Notes: generated by a model from the sequence alone, not told the origin. Positions 46,952 through 58,292 are shown, numbered from the stretch's first letter. The stretch is 64,000 bases of DNA from an uncultured Actinomycetota bacterium (GCA_963815705.1 CAWFHQ010000007.1:170687-234686); one strand, 5' to 3'. Translations and numbers: made by a program.

Positions 46952-47961
46952 CTCTCCTCCCCCACCTCCGTCGGCGCTGACTGCGACGACGTTTCATCAG
47001 CGTCACGTGCCAGCCTGCTCGCAATCATCGCGCAGACCACAAGTTGGATCTGGTGGAAGATCATCAGTGGCAGCATGGTCAGGCCGACGGTGGCGGCGGG
47101 GAAGAACACCAATGCCATCGGCAGCCCGGATGCCAGGCTCTTCTTCGACCCGCAGAACAGCAGCACGATCGCATCGCCGCGGTCCAGCTGGGCCAGTCGG
47201 CCGATCACCGTGGTGGCAGTCAGCACGACGGCCAGCAGCGCGGCGGCGACCACAGCAACCAAAATCAGTCGCCAGACGTCGACCCTGACCCAGATGCCCT
47301 GCACCACGCCCATCGAAAAGGCCGTGTACACCACCAGCAGGATGGACCCCCGGTCGACGACCTTGAGCACCGCCGCGTAGCGGGCGATCAACCCGGTGAT
47401 CCATGGCCGCACCAGCTGGCCGGCGGCGAACGGCAGTAAGAGTTGCAGCACGATGTCGCGGATCGAAGTACCGTTCACCCGGATTGCGCCGGGGGTGTTC
47501 ATCAGCAGCACCACCAGCAGCGGGGTCAGCACGATGCCGAGGATGTTCGACAACGACGCGCTGACGATGGCGGCGGAAACGTGGCCCCGCGCAATCGAAG
47601 TGAACGCGATCGACGACTGCACGGTCGATGGCACGAGGCACATGAACAGCACGCCGTGGTACAGGTCGATCGTTAGAACCGAGGGCACCAACACCCGAGC
47701 GGCCAGGCCCAGCAGCGGGAACAGCACGAACGTGGTGGCGAGCACCAGCAGGTGCAATTGCCATTGCCGGACGCCGTGCCAGGCCTGCTGCGGCGACAAC
47801 CGCGCGCCGTACAAGAAGAACAGCAGCGCGATCGCGGACGTAGCGGCGGTCTCCGCGGCGTCAGCGGCGTCGCCGTGGGCGGGTAGGAGGGCGGCAAGCG
47901 TCACGGTCGCCGCCAGGGCCAGCAGGAATGGATCGAGGATCGTCGACAGGCGTGTGAGCAT
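46948..47961 (-). CDS. bile acid:sodium symporter (BASS/YfeH-like) family transporter
   Basis: 337-aa polytopic protein: MLTRLSTILDPFLLALAATVTLAALLP..LFFLYGARLSPQQAWHGVRQWQLHLLVL.. It overlaps the yqgE-like stop convergently by 4 nt. Confidence 0.85.
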   Translation of the reverse strand: MLTRLSTILDPFLLALAATVTLAALLPAHGDAADAAETAATSAIALLFFLYGARLSPQQAWHGVRQWQLHLLVLATTFVLFPLLGLAARVLVPSVLTIDLYHGVLFMCLVPSTVQSSIAFTSIARGHVSAAIVSASLSNILGIVLTPLLVVLLMNTPGAIRVNGTSIRDIVLQLLLPFAAGQLVRPWITGLIARYAAVLKVVDRGSILLVVYTAFSMGVVQGIWVRVDVWRLILVAVVAAALLAVVLTATTVIGRLAQLDRGDAIVLLFCGSKKSLASGLPMALVFFPAATVGLTMLPLMIFHQIQLVVCAMIASRLARDADETSSQSAPTEVGEES

Positions 47962-47998
47962 GGTGGCTACCGCACGGCGTCGTGCCGGCGGGAATTCC

Positions 47999-48340
47999 TC
48001 AGTGGCAGGACTGCGTGCAGGCGCTGCACTCGCCGGCGCAACGGGGTGCCGCTGCCTCCCGGCGCAGCGCGAAGCGGGCGCTTTGCCACGAGCCGGCGGC
48101 CAGCGTGCCGAGGGCGCCGGCCACGCAGACGATCAGCACCACAAACGCGGTGTGCGCGGCTGCGGCCAGTGCCACGACACCGCCGGCGGTCAGCATCACC
48201 GCGGCCGCCAACTGCGTCGGCGCCATGGCGCGCAACGCGAGCTGAGTGGCATTGGCGGTGTGGTTGTGCGAGAGCGACCAAGTCCCGAACCCGGCGGAAG
48301 CGACCGCCGCACAAACACACACCACCCCAGCGATCAGCAT
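47999..48340 (-). CDS. small transmembrane protein (Rv0039c-like)
   Basis: 113 aa with three hydrophobic helices and a Cys-rich C-terminus (CAGECSACTQSCH). Confidence 0.65.
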   Translation of the reverse strand: MLIAGVVCVCAAVASAGFGTWSLSHNHTANATQLALRAMAPTQLAAAVMLTAGGVVALAAAAHTAFVVLIVCVAGALGTLAAGSWQSARFALRREAAAPRCAGECSACTQSCH

Positions 48341-48408
48341 GGCCTCACAATACGAGCCCGATCATCGATCCGCGCGTCGGGCTCCACAGCGCTTGTGCCG
48401 GTGCCGAA

Positions 48409-49608
48409 TTAGCGCGAGCCGAGGTTGCTGAAGTTCGGCAGCGGCGGCAGCCCAGGCACCAGCGCCAACAGGTTGGGCGTGAGCTGCGGGGAGGGCAGCT
48501 GGTTGGGCACGGCCAGCTGCGCGGGAAGCCGGGTCGGCGCGGCCACCGGCGCCTGCGCGGGAACCGCGGCAGGAGCGGGAGCGGCAACCGCCGCAGGCGC
48601 GGGGGCGGGTACCGCGGCGGGCGCGGGGGCGGGTACTTGCGCGGGAACCGCGGCAGGAGCGGGGGCGGGTACCGCGGCAGGAGCGGTAGCGGGCGCCTGC
48701 GCCGGGAGGCCGACTGGTGCAGCAGCCGGGGCCTGGGCGGGAGCGGTGGTGGGGGCCGGAGGGGCGGCCCCGGGCGCAGCCACCCGGAAGCCGTTGACGA
48801 TGGCGTCGGTGGCGGGCGCGTCTGCGACGGCCACTGCACGGTCGGTGGTCACCGACAGTGACACCAGGTATGTGTCGTGGCCCGATGTGGCGAGGACGTG
48901 GCGGCGCGAGGTGTTCAGCGTCATGTCGCCTTCGCGGTAGGTGCCCTCGATAACCGACGAAGGGAAGCCGTCGAAATCGGCCATCGATGCGTTGGTGGAC
49001 TGCCAGGCCAGAAGTTTCTGGCTGTCGACGTAGCCGTGGGAGATGGCTTCCTTGGGATCGAAGTTGCCGACCAGTTTGTAGACCACGACCTGCGCGTTTG
49101 AGGTGTAGACACTGCTGCCTTGCCGGTCCGCGATCACCGCGAACGCATCGGGCACATTGGGGTCGGGGACCTGGGTCCAGCGGGCCGGCACCGGCAGCGT
49201 GATGTCGAGCGCCTTGAATGCCTGCGGCTTCTGTGGCTCCAGCTTGACGCCCTTCGAACCGAAGTAGTCGCGCAGCGTTCCGGAGGCGGCCGGGGTGACG
49301 GTCTGCGGCGCCGGCGCAACCGCGGCGGCGTTAGGCGTGGCAGCCGGAGCTGCAGCGCTGTTCGGGGCGGCGAGGCTGGGCGGGGCGAACGGATTCGCCG
49401 ACGGCGGGGTGGGGACGAACCGGTTGCTGTTGGCCGTACTTGGAGCGGCCGGGATGTACTGGTTCGCCGGCACCGGAACGATCGGGCCGGGTGGCATGGG
49501 AACGAGAGGATCGGCCGAGGCCGTAGCACCCGAAAATAGGGCGAACGCGATCACACTGGCGGCGAAACCGCCTGCGACTACGCGCCAGGGGGCGGCGATG
49601 TGAGTCAT
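48409..49608 (-). CDS. mtc28: secreted proline-rich antigen Mtc28-like, with an expanded Ala/Pro C-terminus
   Basis: 399 aa with a signal peptide (..[13 protein letters not shown]) and the conserved core ..[27 protein letters not shown].. The C-terminal about 80 aa are [10 protein letters not shown]-type repeats. Confidence 0.85.
   Translation of the reverse strand: MTHIAAPWRVVAGGFAASVIAFALFSGATASADPLVPMPPGPIVPVPANQYIPAAPSTANSNRFVPTPPSANPFAPPSLAAPNSAAAPAATPNAAAVAPAPQTVTPAASGTLRDYFGSKGVKLEPQKPQAFKALDITLPVPARWTQVPDPNVPDAFAVIADRQGSSVYTSNAQVVVYKLVGNFDPKEAISHGYVDSQKLLAWQSTNASMADFDGFPSSVIEGTYREGDMTLNTSRRHVLATSGHDTYLVSLSVTTDRAVAVADAPATDAIVNGFRVAAPGAAPPAPTTAPAQAPAAAPVGLPAQAPATAPAAVPAPAPAAVPAQVPAPAPAAVPAPAPAAVAAPAPAAVPAQAPVAAPTRLPAQLAVPNQLPSPQLTPNLLALVPGLPPLPNFSNLGSR
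48532..48777 (-). repeat. imperfect tandem coding repeat (Ala-Pro-rich, about 30-nt units) in the mtc28 3' region
   Basis: Reiterated gggaaccgcggcaggagcggg(g/a)gcgggtaccgcggc.. units are visible on the + strand. On the - strand they translate to [39 protein letters not shown]. Confidence 0.8.
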
Positions 49609-49796
49609 CTCTGTCGGTCCTTCCGAATGGCTGGTCCACCAGCATCCGCACGTATAGAGGCTGACTGTAACCAGAGGTCAAACGCACTGGACAGGGCCGA
49701 AATAGAGCTGGGACAAACCCCTGATCTGCGCGCAATGCAACCTTTATCAACCTGTGGCCGGCGGGCTCGGCAAGTCGGCCCTTATACGCTGTTCAC

Positions 49797-52703
49797 GTGA
49801 CCCAATCGCCGACCGCCTCGTCTCGGAGCAACCCAGCGGGTGCTCAGACGGAGTCCGACGCGCCGCCATTCCGTTACACCGCGGAGCTGGCCGGCCGGAT
49901 CGAGGGCACCTGGCAGGACAACTGGGCGAGGCTCGGGACATTCAATGTGCCCAACCCGGTCGGGTCATTGGCGCCGACGGACGGCGCGCCGGTACCCGAC
50001 GACAAGTTGTTCGTGCAGGACATGTTCCCGTATCCATCGGGCGACGGGCTGCACGTCGGGCACCCCCTGGGCTACATCGCGACCGACGTATACGCCCGTT
50101 ATTTCCGGATGATCGGCCGTAACGTCCTGCACGCCTTGGGTTTCGATGCTTTCGGGCTGCCCGCCGAGCAGTACGCGGTGCAAACCGGCACCCATCCGCG
50201 CACCAGGACCGAGGCCAACATCGTCAACTTCCGCCGGCAGCTGGGCCGGCTGGGTCTCGGGCACGACAGCCGGCGATCCTTCTCGACCACCGACGTCGAG
50301 TTCTACAAGTGGACGCAATGGATCTTTCTGCAGATCTACAACGCGTGGTTCGACACCACGGCCGCCACGGCCCGTCCGATCGCCGAGCTGATCGCCGAAT
50401 TCGATTCCGGTGCCCGCTGTCTCGACGATGGCCGGGACTGGACGACGTTGTCGGCGGGGGAGCGCGCCGACGTGATCGACAGCCACCGGCTGGTTTACCG
50501 GGCCGACTCGATGGTGAACTGGTGCCCCGGGCTGGGCACGGTGCTGGCCAACGAAGAGGTCACCTCGGACGGGCGCAGTGACCGCGGCAACTTCCCGGTC
50601 TTCCGGAAACGGCTGCGGCAGTGGATGATGCGGATCACCGTCTACTCCGACCGGCTGCTCGACGACCTGGACGTGCTGGATTGGCCGGATCAGGTCAAAA
50701 CCATGCAACGCAACTGGATAGGCCGCTCCACCGGTGCTGAAGCGCTGTTCTCGGCGACCACGACCCGCGGCGACATCGTCGACATCGACGTGTTCACCAC
50801 CCGCCCCGACACCTTGTTCGGCGCAACCTATCTGGTGCTGGCACCCGAACACGACGTGGTGGACGACCTGGTCGCCACCGCCTGGCCGGACGGCGTCGAC
50901 CCCAGTTGGACGTACGGCGCCGCCACACCGGGGGAAGCCGTCGCGGCCTACCGGCGCGCGATCGGGGCGAAGTCAGACCTCGAGCGCCAGGAGAGCAAGG
51001 AGAAGACCGGCGTCTTCCTGGGCAGCTACGCGACCAATCCGGCCAACGGCAAACCGGTGCCGATCTTCATCGCCGACTACGTGTTGGTGGGGTACGGCAC
51101 CGGGGCCATCATGGCGGTGCCCGGCCACGACCAGCGTGACTGGGACTTCGCCAACGCGTTGCACTTGCCGATCGTGGAAGTAATTGCCGGAGGCGAAATT
51201 TCGGAAGCCGCCTACGCTGGCGAGGGTGTGCTGGTGAACTCCGGCTATCTCGACGGAATGGATGTGGCGGCGGCCAAGGACGCCATTACCGCACGCCTGG
51301 AGTCCGAGGGCCGCGGCCGTGCGCGCGTCGAATTCAAGTTGCGTGACTGGCTTTTCGCCCGCCAGCGGTATTGGGGTGAACCGTTCCCCATCGTCTACGA
51401 CAGCGACGGCCGCCCACATCCGCTCAGCGACGCCGCGCTACCGGTTGAGCTGCCCGACATACCGGACTATTCGCCGGTGCTGTTCGATCCCGACGACGCG
51501 GGCAGCGAGCCGTCGCCGCCGCTGGGCAAGGCAACCGACTGGGTGCACGTCGAGCTGGATCTCGGCGACGGCCTGAAGCCCTACAGCCGCGACACCAACG
51601 TGATGCCGCAGTGGGCCGGCAGCTCGTGGTACGAGCTGCGCTACACCGATCCGCACAACTCGGAACAGTTCTGCGCCAAGGAAAACGAAGCGTACTGGAT
51701 GGGCCCGCGGCCCGCCGAGCACGGTGCGCAGGACCCCGGTGGCGTCGACTTGTACGTCGGTGGTGCCGAGCACGCGGTGCTGCACCTGTTGTATGCCAGG
51801 TTCTGGCACAAGGTCCTCTACGACCTGGGCTACGTCAGCTCTCGTGAGCCGTACCGCAGGCTGGTCAACCAGGGCTACATTCAGGCGTTCGCCTATACCG
51901 ATGCCCGCGGTTCGTATGTGCCGGCCGACGAGGTGGTCGAACGCGACAACGGATTCGTCTACCCGGGACCCGACGGAGAGGTCGAGGTCTTTCAGGAATT
52001 CGGCAAAATCGGTAAGAGCCTGAAGAATTCGATATCTCCCGACACGATCTGCGACGAATACGGCGCGGACACCCTACGCGTGTACGAGATGTCAATGGGC
52101 CCACTGGAAGCGTCCCGGCCGTGGGCAACCAAGGACGTCATCGGCGCGCACCGCTTTCTGCAGCGAGTGTGGCGACTGGTGGTCGACGAGAGCACCGGCG
52201 GAACCCGGGTGGCCGACGCGCAGGAGCAGCTGGACACCGAGACCCTGCGCGCACTGCACCGCACCATCGACGGTGTAGCGGAAGACTATGCGGCCCTGCG
52301 GAATAACACGGCGGCAGCCAAGCTGATCGAGTACACCAACCACCTCACCAAGGCGCATCGCGACGCGGTGCCCCGGGCAGCGGTCGAGCCGCTGGTGCTG
52401 ATGCTGGCGCCGCTGGCCCCGCACATGGCCGAGGAGCTGTGGTCGCGGTTGGGGCACACCACCTCGTTGGCGCACGGCCCCTTCCCGGACGCCGACCCCG
52501 CCTACCTCGTCGACGACACCGTCGAGTACCCGGTGCAGGTCAACGGCAAGGTGCGCGGGCGTGTGGTGGTGGCCGCCGACGCCGACGAGGACACGTTGAA
52601 AGCCGCGGCGCTGGGGGATGAGAAGGTCCAGGCGTTCTTGTCCGGTGCCGCGCCCCGCAAGGTGATCGTGGTCCCCGGCCGGCTGGTCAACCTGGTGGTC
52701 TGA
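49797..52703 (+). CDS. leuS: leucyl-tRNA synthetase
   Basis: 968 aa with a GTG start. It has the class I HIGH motif ([14 protein letters not shown]) and KMSKS motif (KIGKSLKNS), plus the CP1 editing domain. Confidence 0.98.
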   Translation: MTQSPTASSRSNPAGAQTESDAPPFRYTAELAGRIEGTWQDNWARLGTFNVPNPVGSLAPTDGAPVPDDKLFVQDMFPYPSGDGLHVGHPLGYIATDVYARYFRMIGRNVLHALGFDAFGLPAEQYAVQTGTHPRTRTEANIVNFRRQLGRLGLGHDSRRSFSTTDVEFYKWTQWIFLQIYNAWFDTTAATARPIAELIAEFDSGARCLDDGRDWTTLSAGERADVIDSHRLVYRADSMVNWCPGLGTVLANEEVTSDGRSDRGNFPVFRKRLRQWMMRITVYSDRLLDDLDVLDWPDQVKTMQRNWIGRSTGAEALFSATTTRGDIVDIDVFTTRPDTLFGATYLVLAPEHDVVDDLVATAWPDGVDPSWTYGAATPGEAVAAYRRAIGAKSDLERQESKEKTGVFLGSYATNPANGKPVPIFIADYVLVGYGTGAIMAVPGHDQRDWDFANALHLPIVEVIAGGEISEAAYAGEGVLVNSGYLDGMDVAAAKDAITARLESEGRGRARVEFKLRDWLFARQRYWGEPFPIVYDSDGRPHPLSDAALPVELPDIPDYSPVLFDPDDAGSEPSPPLGKATDWVHVELDLGDGLKPYSRDTNVMPQWAGSSWYELRYTDPHNSEQFCAKENEAYWMGPRPAEHGAQDPGGVDLYVGGAEHAVLHLLYARFWHKVLYDLGYVSSREPYRRLVNQGYIQAFAYTDARGSYVPADEVVERDNGFVYPGPDGEVEVFQEFGKIGKSLKNSISPDTICDEYGADTLRVYEMSMGPLEASRPWATKDVIGAHRFLQRVWRLVVDESTGGTRVADAQEQLDTETLRALHRTIDGVAEDYAALRNNTAAAKLIEYTNHLTKAHRDAVPRAAVEPLVLMLAPLAPHMAEELWSRLGHTTSLAHGPFPDADPAYLVDDTVEYPVQVNGKVRGRVVVAADADEDTLKAAALGDEKVQAFLSGAAPRKVIVVPGRLVNLVV

Positions 52704-52710
52704 GCGGCGA

Positions 52711-53382
52711 CTACCGCCGGCCCGGCCGCAGCACCACGTCGTGGACGTGGCCGTCGCGCGGCGTCGCCACGGCCTGGGCGACGGCCGCGGCGACGGTCTC
52801 GGGCCGCAAGAAGTTGGCGGCGTCGTACTCGCCGCCCTCGAAAGCGATGAGGTCGCGTTGCATCTCGGTGTCGGTGCGGCCCGGAAATATCGTGGTGACC
52901 CGCAGGCCCGGCTCGTCGGCGCGCAGCGAGTCGGCGAACGCGCGCAACGCGAATTTGCTGGCCGAATACGACGCCATACCCGGTGAAACCGTACGGCCCG
53001 CCCCGGAGTTGATGAACACCACCTGACCCCGGGCGCTTCGCAGGGCGGGTAATAGCTCTAGCGTAAGAGCCACCGCACCAAAGACATTCACGTTGAAGGT
53101 GGCGCGCCATTCGTCGACATGCGATTCGGCGACCCGTCCCGGGACGGACAGCCCGGCGTTATGTACCAGCACGTCGAGCTCGTCGACGATTTCGCAGGCG
53201 GCCTCGATCTCGTCGGTGTCGGTCAGGTCCAGCGGGAAGGTGGTGGCGCCGAGCCGTTCCGCGACGGCGTCGAGCCGATCGGAGGGCCGACCGGCCAGCA
53301 GCAGCGTGTGCGTCGGGGCCAGCGCCGTGGCGATGGCGGAACCGATACCGCCGCCGGCACCAGTGATGAGTGCAGTTGGCAT
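52711..53382 (-). CDS. short-chain dehydrogenase/reductase (SDR)
   Basis: 223 aa: MPTALITGAGGGIGSAIA.. (TGxxxGxG), NAG, and YSASKFAL (YxxxK). Confidence 0.9.
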   Translation of the reverse strand: MPTALITGAGGGIGSAIATALAPTHTLLLAGRPSDRLDAVAERLGATTFPLDLTDTDEIEAACEIVDELDVLVHNAGLSVPGRVAESHVDEWRATFNVNVFGAVALTLELLPALRSARGQVVFINSGAGRTVSPGMASYSASKFALRAFADSLRADEPGLRVTTIFPGRTDTEMQRDLIAFEGGEYDAANFLRPETVAAAVAQAVATPRDGHVHDVVLRPGRR

Positions 53383-53430
53383 GTGGGTCAGTCTACGGAC
53401 GTCACCAATGCCGTTGAAAAGCAGGTACTT

Positions 53431-53937
53431 TCACGCACGCTTGCGCGCGGGAGATTCTCCGCCCGCGGGGCCCGATGTCGGTTCGCCCGAGGCCAGGCGC
53501 TCCAGCGGCGCCAGTGCTTTGGTCAGCATGTTCAGGTCGGACTCGGGAAGCTGGCGCAGCATCGCGGCGAGCGCTGCGCGCCGGTTGGCGAGCGACTCGG
53601 CGTGCACGGCCCGCCCGCGCGGGGTGATGTCGACCAGCACGGCGCGCAGGTCGGACGGGTCACGGGAGCGCTTCACCAGCCCGATCTTCTCCAGCCGGCG
53701 GATCGCCACGGTCGTGGTAGGGGTCCGTACCCGTTCGTGCGCGGCCAGGTCCGTCATCCGGATCGGGCCTTGATCGAGCAGAGTGACCAGGATCGACAGC
53801 TGCGCCAACGTCAATTCGCCGGCGACTACTCCGCTCGGGTCGCCGCGGCGCAGTATCGAAAACAGCTTGGACAGCGCGCGGTGCAAGCCTTCCGCAAGCT
53901 CGGTCGCCTCGGCCGCGGTGGATTCGCTGTCCGCCAT
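53431..53937 (-). CDS. MarR-family transcriptional regulator (Rv0042c-like)
   Basis: 168 aa from ATG 53937, with a winged HTH: ..LTLAQLSILVTLLDQGPIRMTDLAAHERVRTPTTTVAIRRLEKIGLVKR.. Confidence 0.85.
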   Translation of the reverse strand: MADSESTAAEATELAEGLHRALSKLFSILRRGDPSGVVAGELTLAQLSILVTLLDQGPIRMTDLAAHERVRTPTTTVAIRRLEKIGLVKRSRDPSDLRAVLVDITPRGRAVHAESLANRRAALAAMLRQLPESDLNMLTKALAPLERLASGEPTSGPAGGESPARKRA

Positions 53938-54001
53938 AAGTCGGCAGTCTAACCCGATATGGGTGACGTACAAGGTAGCTACGGCGACTATTTGTAGCCC
54001 G

Positions 54002-54751
54002 TCAAAGCACTTGGGACAGGAATCGCTGCAGCCGCTCGGTCTTGGCGGCCTCGAATATCTGCTCTGGCGGGCCGGATTCCACGACTTTGCCCTGATCCAT
54101 GAACACGACGGTGTCCGAAGCCGACCGGGCGAAACCCATTTCGTGGGTGACCACGATCATCGTCATGCCGCCGGCGCCGAGGTCGGCGATGAGCTGGAGA
54201 GCACCCTTGACCATCTCCGGATCCAGCGCGGATGTCGCCTCGTCGAAGAACATCACCTCTGGAGCCATGGCAAGCGCACGGGCAATCGCAACTCGTTGTT
54301 GTTGGCCACCGGACAGCATGCTGGGGCGGGCACCGGCCTTGTGCTTCAGGCCAACTCGCTCCAGCTGAGTCAGCGCGAGCTCTCGCGCGGCGTCGGCGGA
54401 CAGCCCGCGCAACTTGCGCGGTCCCAGAGCGACGTTCTTGAGGATGCTCAGATGTGGGAACAGATTGTAATTCTGGAACACCATGCCGATGCGCTGGCGC
54501 AGTTCGTCGGGATCGTCGTCCAGCACCGACCGCCCGTCGAGCAGGATGTCGCCACCATCGGGTTCGTGTAGTCGGTTCAGGGCACGCAGCAGCGTCGACT
54601 TACCCGAGCCAGAAGGCCCGATGACGGCCACTGTGCTGCCCGCCGGGGCGTCGAACGTGACGCCGCGCAGCACCTTTGTCCCACCGAGGGTCTTGTGAAT
54701 GTCCCTGGCTTCCAACGAGACTGACGCCCGTGCTGCGGTGCCGGCGGTCAT
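54002..54751 (-). CDS. glnQ: polar amino acid ABC transporter ATP-binding protein (GlnQ-like)
   Basis: 249 aa with Walker A GPSGSGKST, the ABC signature LSGGQQQRVAIARAL and Walker B VMFFDEATSALD. Confidence 0.93.
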   Translation of the reverse strand: MTAGTAARASVSLEARDIHKTLGGTKVLRGVTFDAPAGSTVAVIGPSGSGKSTLLRALNRLHEPDGGDILLDGRSVLDDDPDELRQRIGMVFQNYNLFPHLSILKNVALGPRKLRGLSADAARELALTQLERVGLKHKAGARPSMLSGGQQQRVAIARALAMAPEVMFFDEATSALDPEMVKGALQLIADLGAGGMTMIVVTHEMGFARSASDTVVFMDQGKVVESGPPEQIFEAAKTERLQRFLSQVL

Positions 54752-56556
54752 ATCATGCCCTGGCCGAGTGTGGAGCTGACCATCGTCGCCGGGTCCTCCG
54801 ACTCGTTGGCGGGACTGCCGCGGCGCAGCCGGATGTCGATGTAGTTCACCAAATGCGTTAACGGAACAGTCAATAACAGGTAGAACAGACCCGCGGCCAC
54901 CAGCGGTGACAAATTGCCGGTCTGCGCGTTGAGGTCGCGGCCCACCTGAAACAGCTCTCGTTGCTGGGCGACCAGGCCCAGGAAGTACACCAGTGCCGAG
55001 CCCTTCAACAACGCGATGAACTGATTGACCAGAGCGGGCAGTACACGCCGGATGCCCTGTGGCACGACCACCAGCCGCATCGCGGCCGGATAACTGAATC
55101 CAAGTGCCCGTGCGGCTTCCAGTTGGCCGGCGTCGACGCTCTGGATTCCCGAGCGCAGGATCTCCCCGATGTACGCGGCGGCCATCAGCCCCAGCGCGGC
55201 GATGCCCAACGGATAGGGGTTGTTGTTGGTCAGCCCGCCGACCAGAGGTCCGATGCCCATGCCGATGATGAGGATGATCACCACTTCAGGCAGACCCCGG
55301 AAGATATCGGTGTAGATCCGCGCGGGCCAGCGTAGCCAGCGCGACTGCGACATTCCGGCCATGGCCAGCACCATGCCGAGCGCCAGCCCGATCACGATGG
55401 CGCTGTTGGTCAGGATCAGCGTGTTGGGCAGCCCGGTCGTGAGCAACGCGGGGATGGCTTGTTTGTAGAGATCCCAGTCCAGAAACTGGTCACGCAGTTG
55501 CGCGAGCGTGGATTTCGGGGCCGCCGGGCCCACCGGCTTATGGTGATTGCTCGCTGCGATCGCGGCGAAGTCCGGCAGCTGTGGAGTCGGCGCGCCTTTC
55601 GATCCGGGTTTCCAGCCCGGCGGCAGCGGCCGCGGGACCCACTCGGAATACAGCTTCGCCCAGGTGCCGTCGGCAATCACCGCGTCCAGCCCCGAGTTCA
55701 GGGCAGCGATCAGCGGCGGGTTGTCGTTGGCGACCGCGTAGGCGACGAAGTCGCCGGGGCTGAAGGCATTCGCGACGACCACCGCCGGATCGCCGGGCCG
55801 CATCACGTTGGCGGCCAGGGCCGCCGGCGCTACCCAGGCGTCGATTTGATGCGTCTTGAGGCTGCCGTACACGGTGGCGAAGCCGGGATACTTCACCGGT
55901 TGCAGGTGCAGGGTGTCGACGACGTAGGACTCCTCGACGGTGCCCTGAACGACCCCGATACGTTGCCCCTCGGCGAGATCACTGAAGTCCTTGATCGGTG
56001 ATCCGGGCGGCACGATCAGCGCGTAGTAGCCGAAGTCGTAGCCGTTGGTAAACCCGACGGTGCGACGCCGGGCGGCCGTGGCTTTCACCGACGCCGAGCC
56101 GACGTCGAAGCGCCGCGACGCAACCTGGGCCAGCAGCGCGGAGAAATCCGTGCTGGCGAAACGGACTTGCAGGCGCAGCTTTTTCGCGATGGCGCCCAGC
56201 AGCTGATTGTCGAAGCCGCTGAAGGTGCCGGTGGCGTCGACGCAGACGGACGGCGGGGCGTCCGACAGCGTGCCGACGTTCAGGACGCCCGGCGTGCCGA
56301 GGCCTAACGCGTCGACGTTCACGGCGCTGAGCGGCTCGACGGTCGGCGTCGTGTGGTCGGCGTCCTGACCGACGCCGCCGACGTTGGCCAGGTCTTTCGG
56401 CAAGGTGGTCGCGCTCTCGGATCCGCCCGGCGCGCATTGGTTTCTATCGGCGAGCGCGGGTCCGGCCAGCACCAGGCCGCACACGATCAGGATTGTCGTG
56501 GCCAGTCCGAACAGCTTGGCGCCGCGCTTGGCGCGCGGGCTTTCGCACGGATTCAT
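54748..56556 (-). CDS. fused amino acid ABC transporter substrate-binding domain plus permease (GlnH-GlnP type)
   Basis: 602 aa from ATG 56556. It has an N-terminal anchor, an SBP family 3-like domain (..GFDNQLLGAIAKKLRLQVRF..) and a C-terminal permease with an EAA-like loop (..EAARALGFSYPAAMRLVVVPQG..). It overlaps glnQ by 4 nt. Confidence 0.88.
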   Translation of the reverse strand: MNPCESPRAKRGAKLFGLATTILIVCGLVLAGPALADRNQCAPGGSESATTLPKDLANVGGVGQDADHTTPTVEPLSAVNVDALGLGTPGVLNVGTLSDAPPSVCVDATGTFSGFDNQLLGAIAKKLRLQVRFASTDFSALLAQVASRRFDVGSASVKATAARRRTVGFTNGYDFGYYALIVPPGSPIKDFSDLAEGQRIGVVQGTVEESYVVDTLHLQPVKYPGFATVYGSLKTHQIDAWVAPAALAANVMRPGDPAVVVANAFSPGDFVAYAVANDNPPLIAALNSGLDAVIADGTWAKLYSEWVPRPLPPGWKPGSKGAPTPQLPDFAAIAASNHHKPVGPAAPKSTLAQLRDQFLDWDLYKQAIPALLTTGLPNTLILTNSAIVIGLALGMVLAMAGMSQSRWLRWPARIYTDIFRGLPEVVIILIIGMGIGPLVGGLTNNNPYPLGIAALGLMAAAYIGEILRSGIQSVDAGQLEAARALGFSYPAAMRLVVVPQGIRRVLPALVNQFIALLKGSALVYFLGLVAQQRELFQVGRDLNAQTGNLSPLVAAGLFYLLLTVPLTHLVNYIDIRLRRGSPANESEDPATMVSSTLGQGMI

Positions 56557-56605
56557 TACCGCCACGCTATCGACCGAACGGCAACTCGGCGCGATGAGAG
56601 CTGTA

Positions 56606-57346
56606 CTAGAGCGCCATCGACGGCGCACGGCAGACCGCCTCGGACCCCGCCAGCACGCCAAGGGGCTCGGGCACGACTTGGCGGGCGTCGTCGGGTGCGG
56701 CGAAAACCCTGCGCCGGAACAGTTCGGCCAGCATGGTTTGCGCCATCAGGTAGGCGCGGCCGACGCACGCCGCGCGCGCGGCTTCCGGGTCGCGCCGCTG
56801 GATCGCCGACGTTTCGTCTTCGTAGTACGGCAGCATGTCGTCGCGGTTGTTCTGGTAGCTCATCCAGAACGCGTGGGGGATGAGGTCCTGCGAGGCACGG
56901 ATGGTGGCGCGCAGTCGCGGACCCGCGTACTCGTCGTTGACGGTGCGCCGGTACTCCGCAGTGATTTCGGAAAAGACCCGGGAATCCTTCGCGGTGCGCA
57001 GCGAGCGCATCAGCGCGTCGAGCTGTCCCAGGATGCGCGGCGTCGGGTTGGTCGCGGCGCGTGCCGAGGCAATGCCGTTGAGCAAGCCGTCGAGTTCGTG
57101 ATGCTCGAGGACCGTAGTTTCATCGAACCGCTCGACGAACGCACCCCGGTGATAGCGGGTCGACACGATGCCGTCGTGCTCGAGTTGGACCAGTGCCTCT
57201 TGAATCGGGACGCGACTGACTCCCAAGCCGAGTGCGATCTCGTTGCGGTCGACCCGGTCGCCGCTGCGCAGCTTCCCCGTCAGCACCAGGTTGAGGATGT
57301 GGTTGACAACCTGGTCCTTTTCTTTGACTCCGTATTTCTTCGGCAT
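56606..57346 (-). CDS. GntR-family (FadR-type) transcriptional regulator (Rv0043c-like)
   Basis: 246 aa with an N-terminal wHTH: ..[40 protein letters not shown].., followed by an FCD-like domain. Confidence 0.9.
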   Translation of the reverse strand: MPKKYGVKEKDQVVNHILNLVLTGKLRSGDRVDRNEIALGLGVSRVPIQEALVQLEHDGIVSTRYHRGAFVERFDETTVLEHHELDGLLNGIASARAATNPTPRILGQLDALMRSLRTAKDSRVFSEITAEYRRTVNDEYAGPRLRATIRASQDLIPHAFWMSYQNNRDDMLPYYEDETSAIQRRDPEAARAACVGRAYLMAQTMLAELFRRRVFAAPDDARQVVPEPLGVLAGSEAVCRAPSMAL

Positions 57347-57459
57347 GAGTCTCTTTCAGGTCTGTTGCAGCTCCGCACCAGCGATCAGCGGAGGAAAGTT
57401 TCTCATGTATTTGCGCATTCGTTAAGGTGTTCGGCGGATGAATTGCAGGCGAACCCGAA

Positions 57460-58266
57460 TTAGCGCGCGTCGCGCCAGCGGCACAATGCCTCGGCGGCGC
57501 TGAGGTCGTAGTCGGGACCATTGACGCCCACGGTCAGCAGCGTCACCCCCAATGCGGTCAGGCCTTCGGCGTTGGCGATCAACCCGTCGACGCCTTCGCC
57601 GCGGCGCACGCCGCTGTTGTCCTCCACGCCGGCCGACCTCTCGATGGTGGACGGGTCGCGCCCGACGGCGGCGCAGTGTTCGTCCAGCACGGCGGCCGCG
57701 GCCGGATAGCTGTCGACGGTGGTGAAGCCGTGCCAGATGTCGCCGTATTCGGCGACCAGTCGCAACGTCTTTCGCGGACCCTTGCCACCGATGAGTATCG
57801 GGATGTCGCGGGTCGGCGCGGGATTGAGCTTGGTCAGCCGCGACGTGATCCGGGGGAATGCGGCCGCCAGGTCGTCGAGGCGGCTGCCCGCCGTGCCGAA
57901 TTCGTAGCCGTACTCGGCGTAGTCCTTTTCCTTCCAACCCGATCCGATTCCCAGGATCAGCCGGCCTTCGGAAATGTGGTCGACGGTGCGCGCCATATCG
58001 GCCAGTAGCTCCGGATTGCGGTAAGAGTTGCACGTCACCAGCGCGCCGAACTCGATGCGCGATGTCTGCTCGGCCCAGGCCGCCAGAACCGTCCAGCATT
58101 CGAAATGCGCTCCGTCGGGATCACCGTAGAGCGGGAAGAAATGATCCCAAGTGAAGGCGACGTCGACCCCGATGTCCTCGCAGCGGCGCACGGCGTCGCG
58201 GATGTGGCGGTACTGGGGGGCGTGCTGGGGCTGCAGTTGTACACCGATGCGCACGGGACGGGTCAT
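57460..58266 (-). CDS. LLM-class F420-dependent oxidoreductase (Rv0044c-like)
   Basis: 268 aa: MTRPVRIGVQLQPQHAPQY..RLILGIGSGWKEKDYAEYGYEFG.. This is the luciferase-like monooxygenase fold pattern. Confidence 0.88.
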   Translation of the reverse strand: MTRPVRIGVQLQPQHAPQYRHIRDAVRRCEDIGVDVAFTWDHFFPLYGDPDGAHFECWTVLAAWAEQTSRIEFGALVTCNSYRNPELLADMARTVDHISEGRLILGIGSGWKEKDYAEYGYEFGTAGSRLDDLAAAFPRITSRLTKLNPAPTRDIPILIGGKGPRKTLRLVAEYGDIWHGFTTVDSYPAAAAVLDEHCAAVGRDPSTIERSAGVEDNSGVRRGEGVDGLIANAEGLTALGVTLLTVGVNGPDYDLSAAEALCRWRDAR

Positions 58267-58292
58267 GGAACCACCGTAGGAGCCGCGGCCGA

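Noticed and set aside
49609-49796. Possible T-box or other leader RNA upstream of leuS.
   Set aside because: I could not find the conserved T-box sequence or a specifier/antiterminator arrangement by eye. The spacer is shared with the divergent mtc28 promoter.
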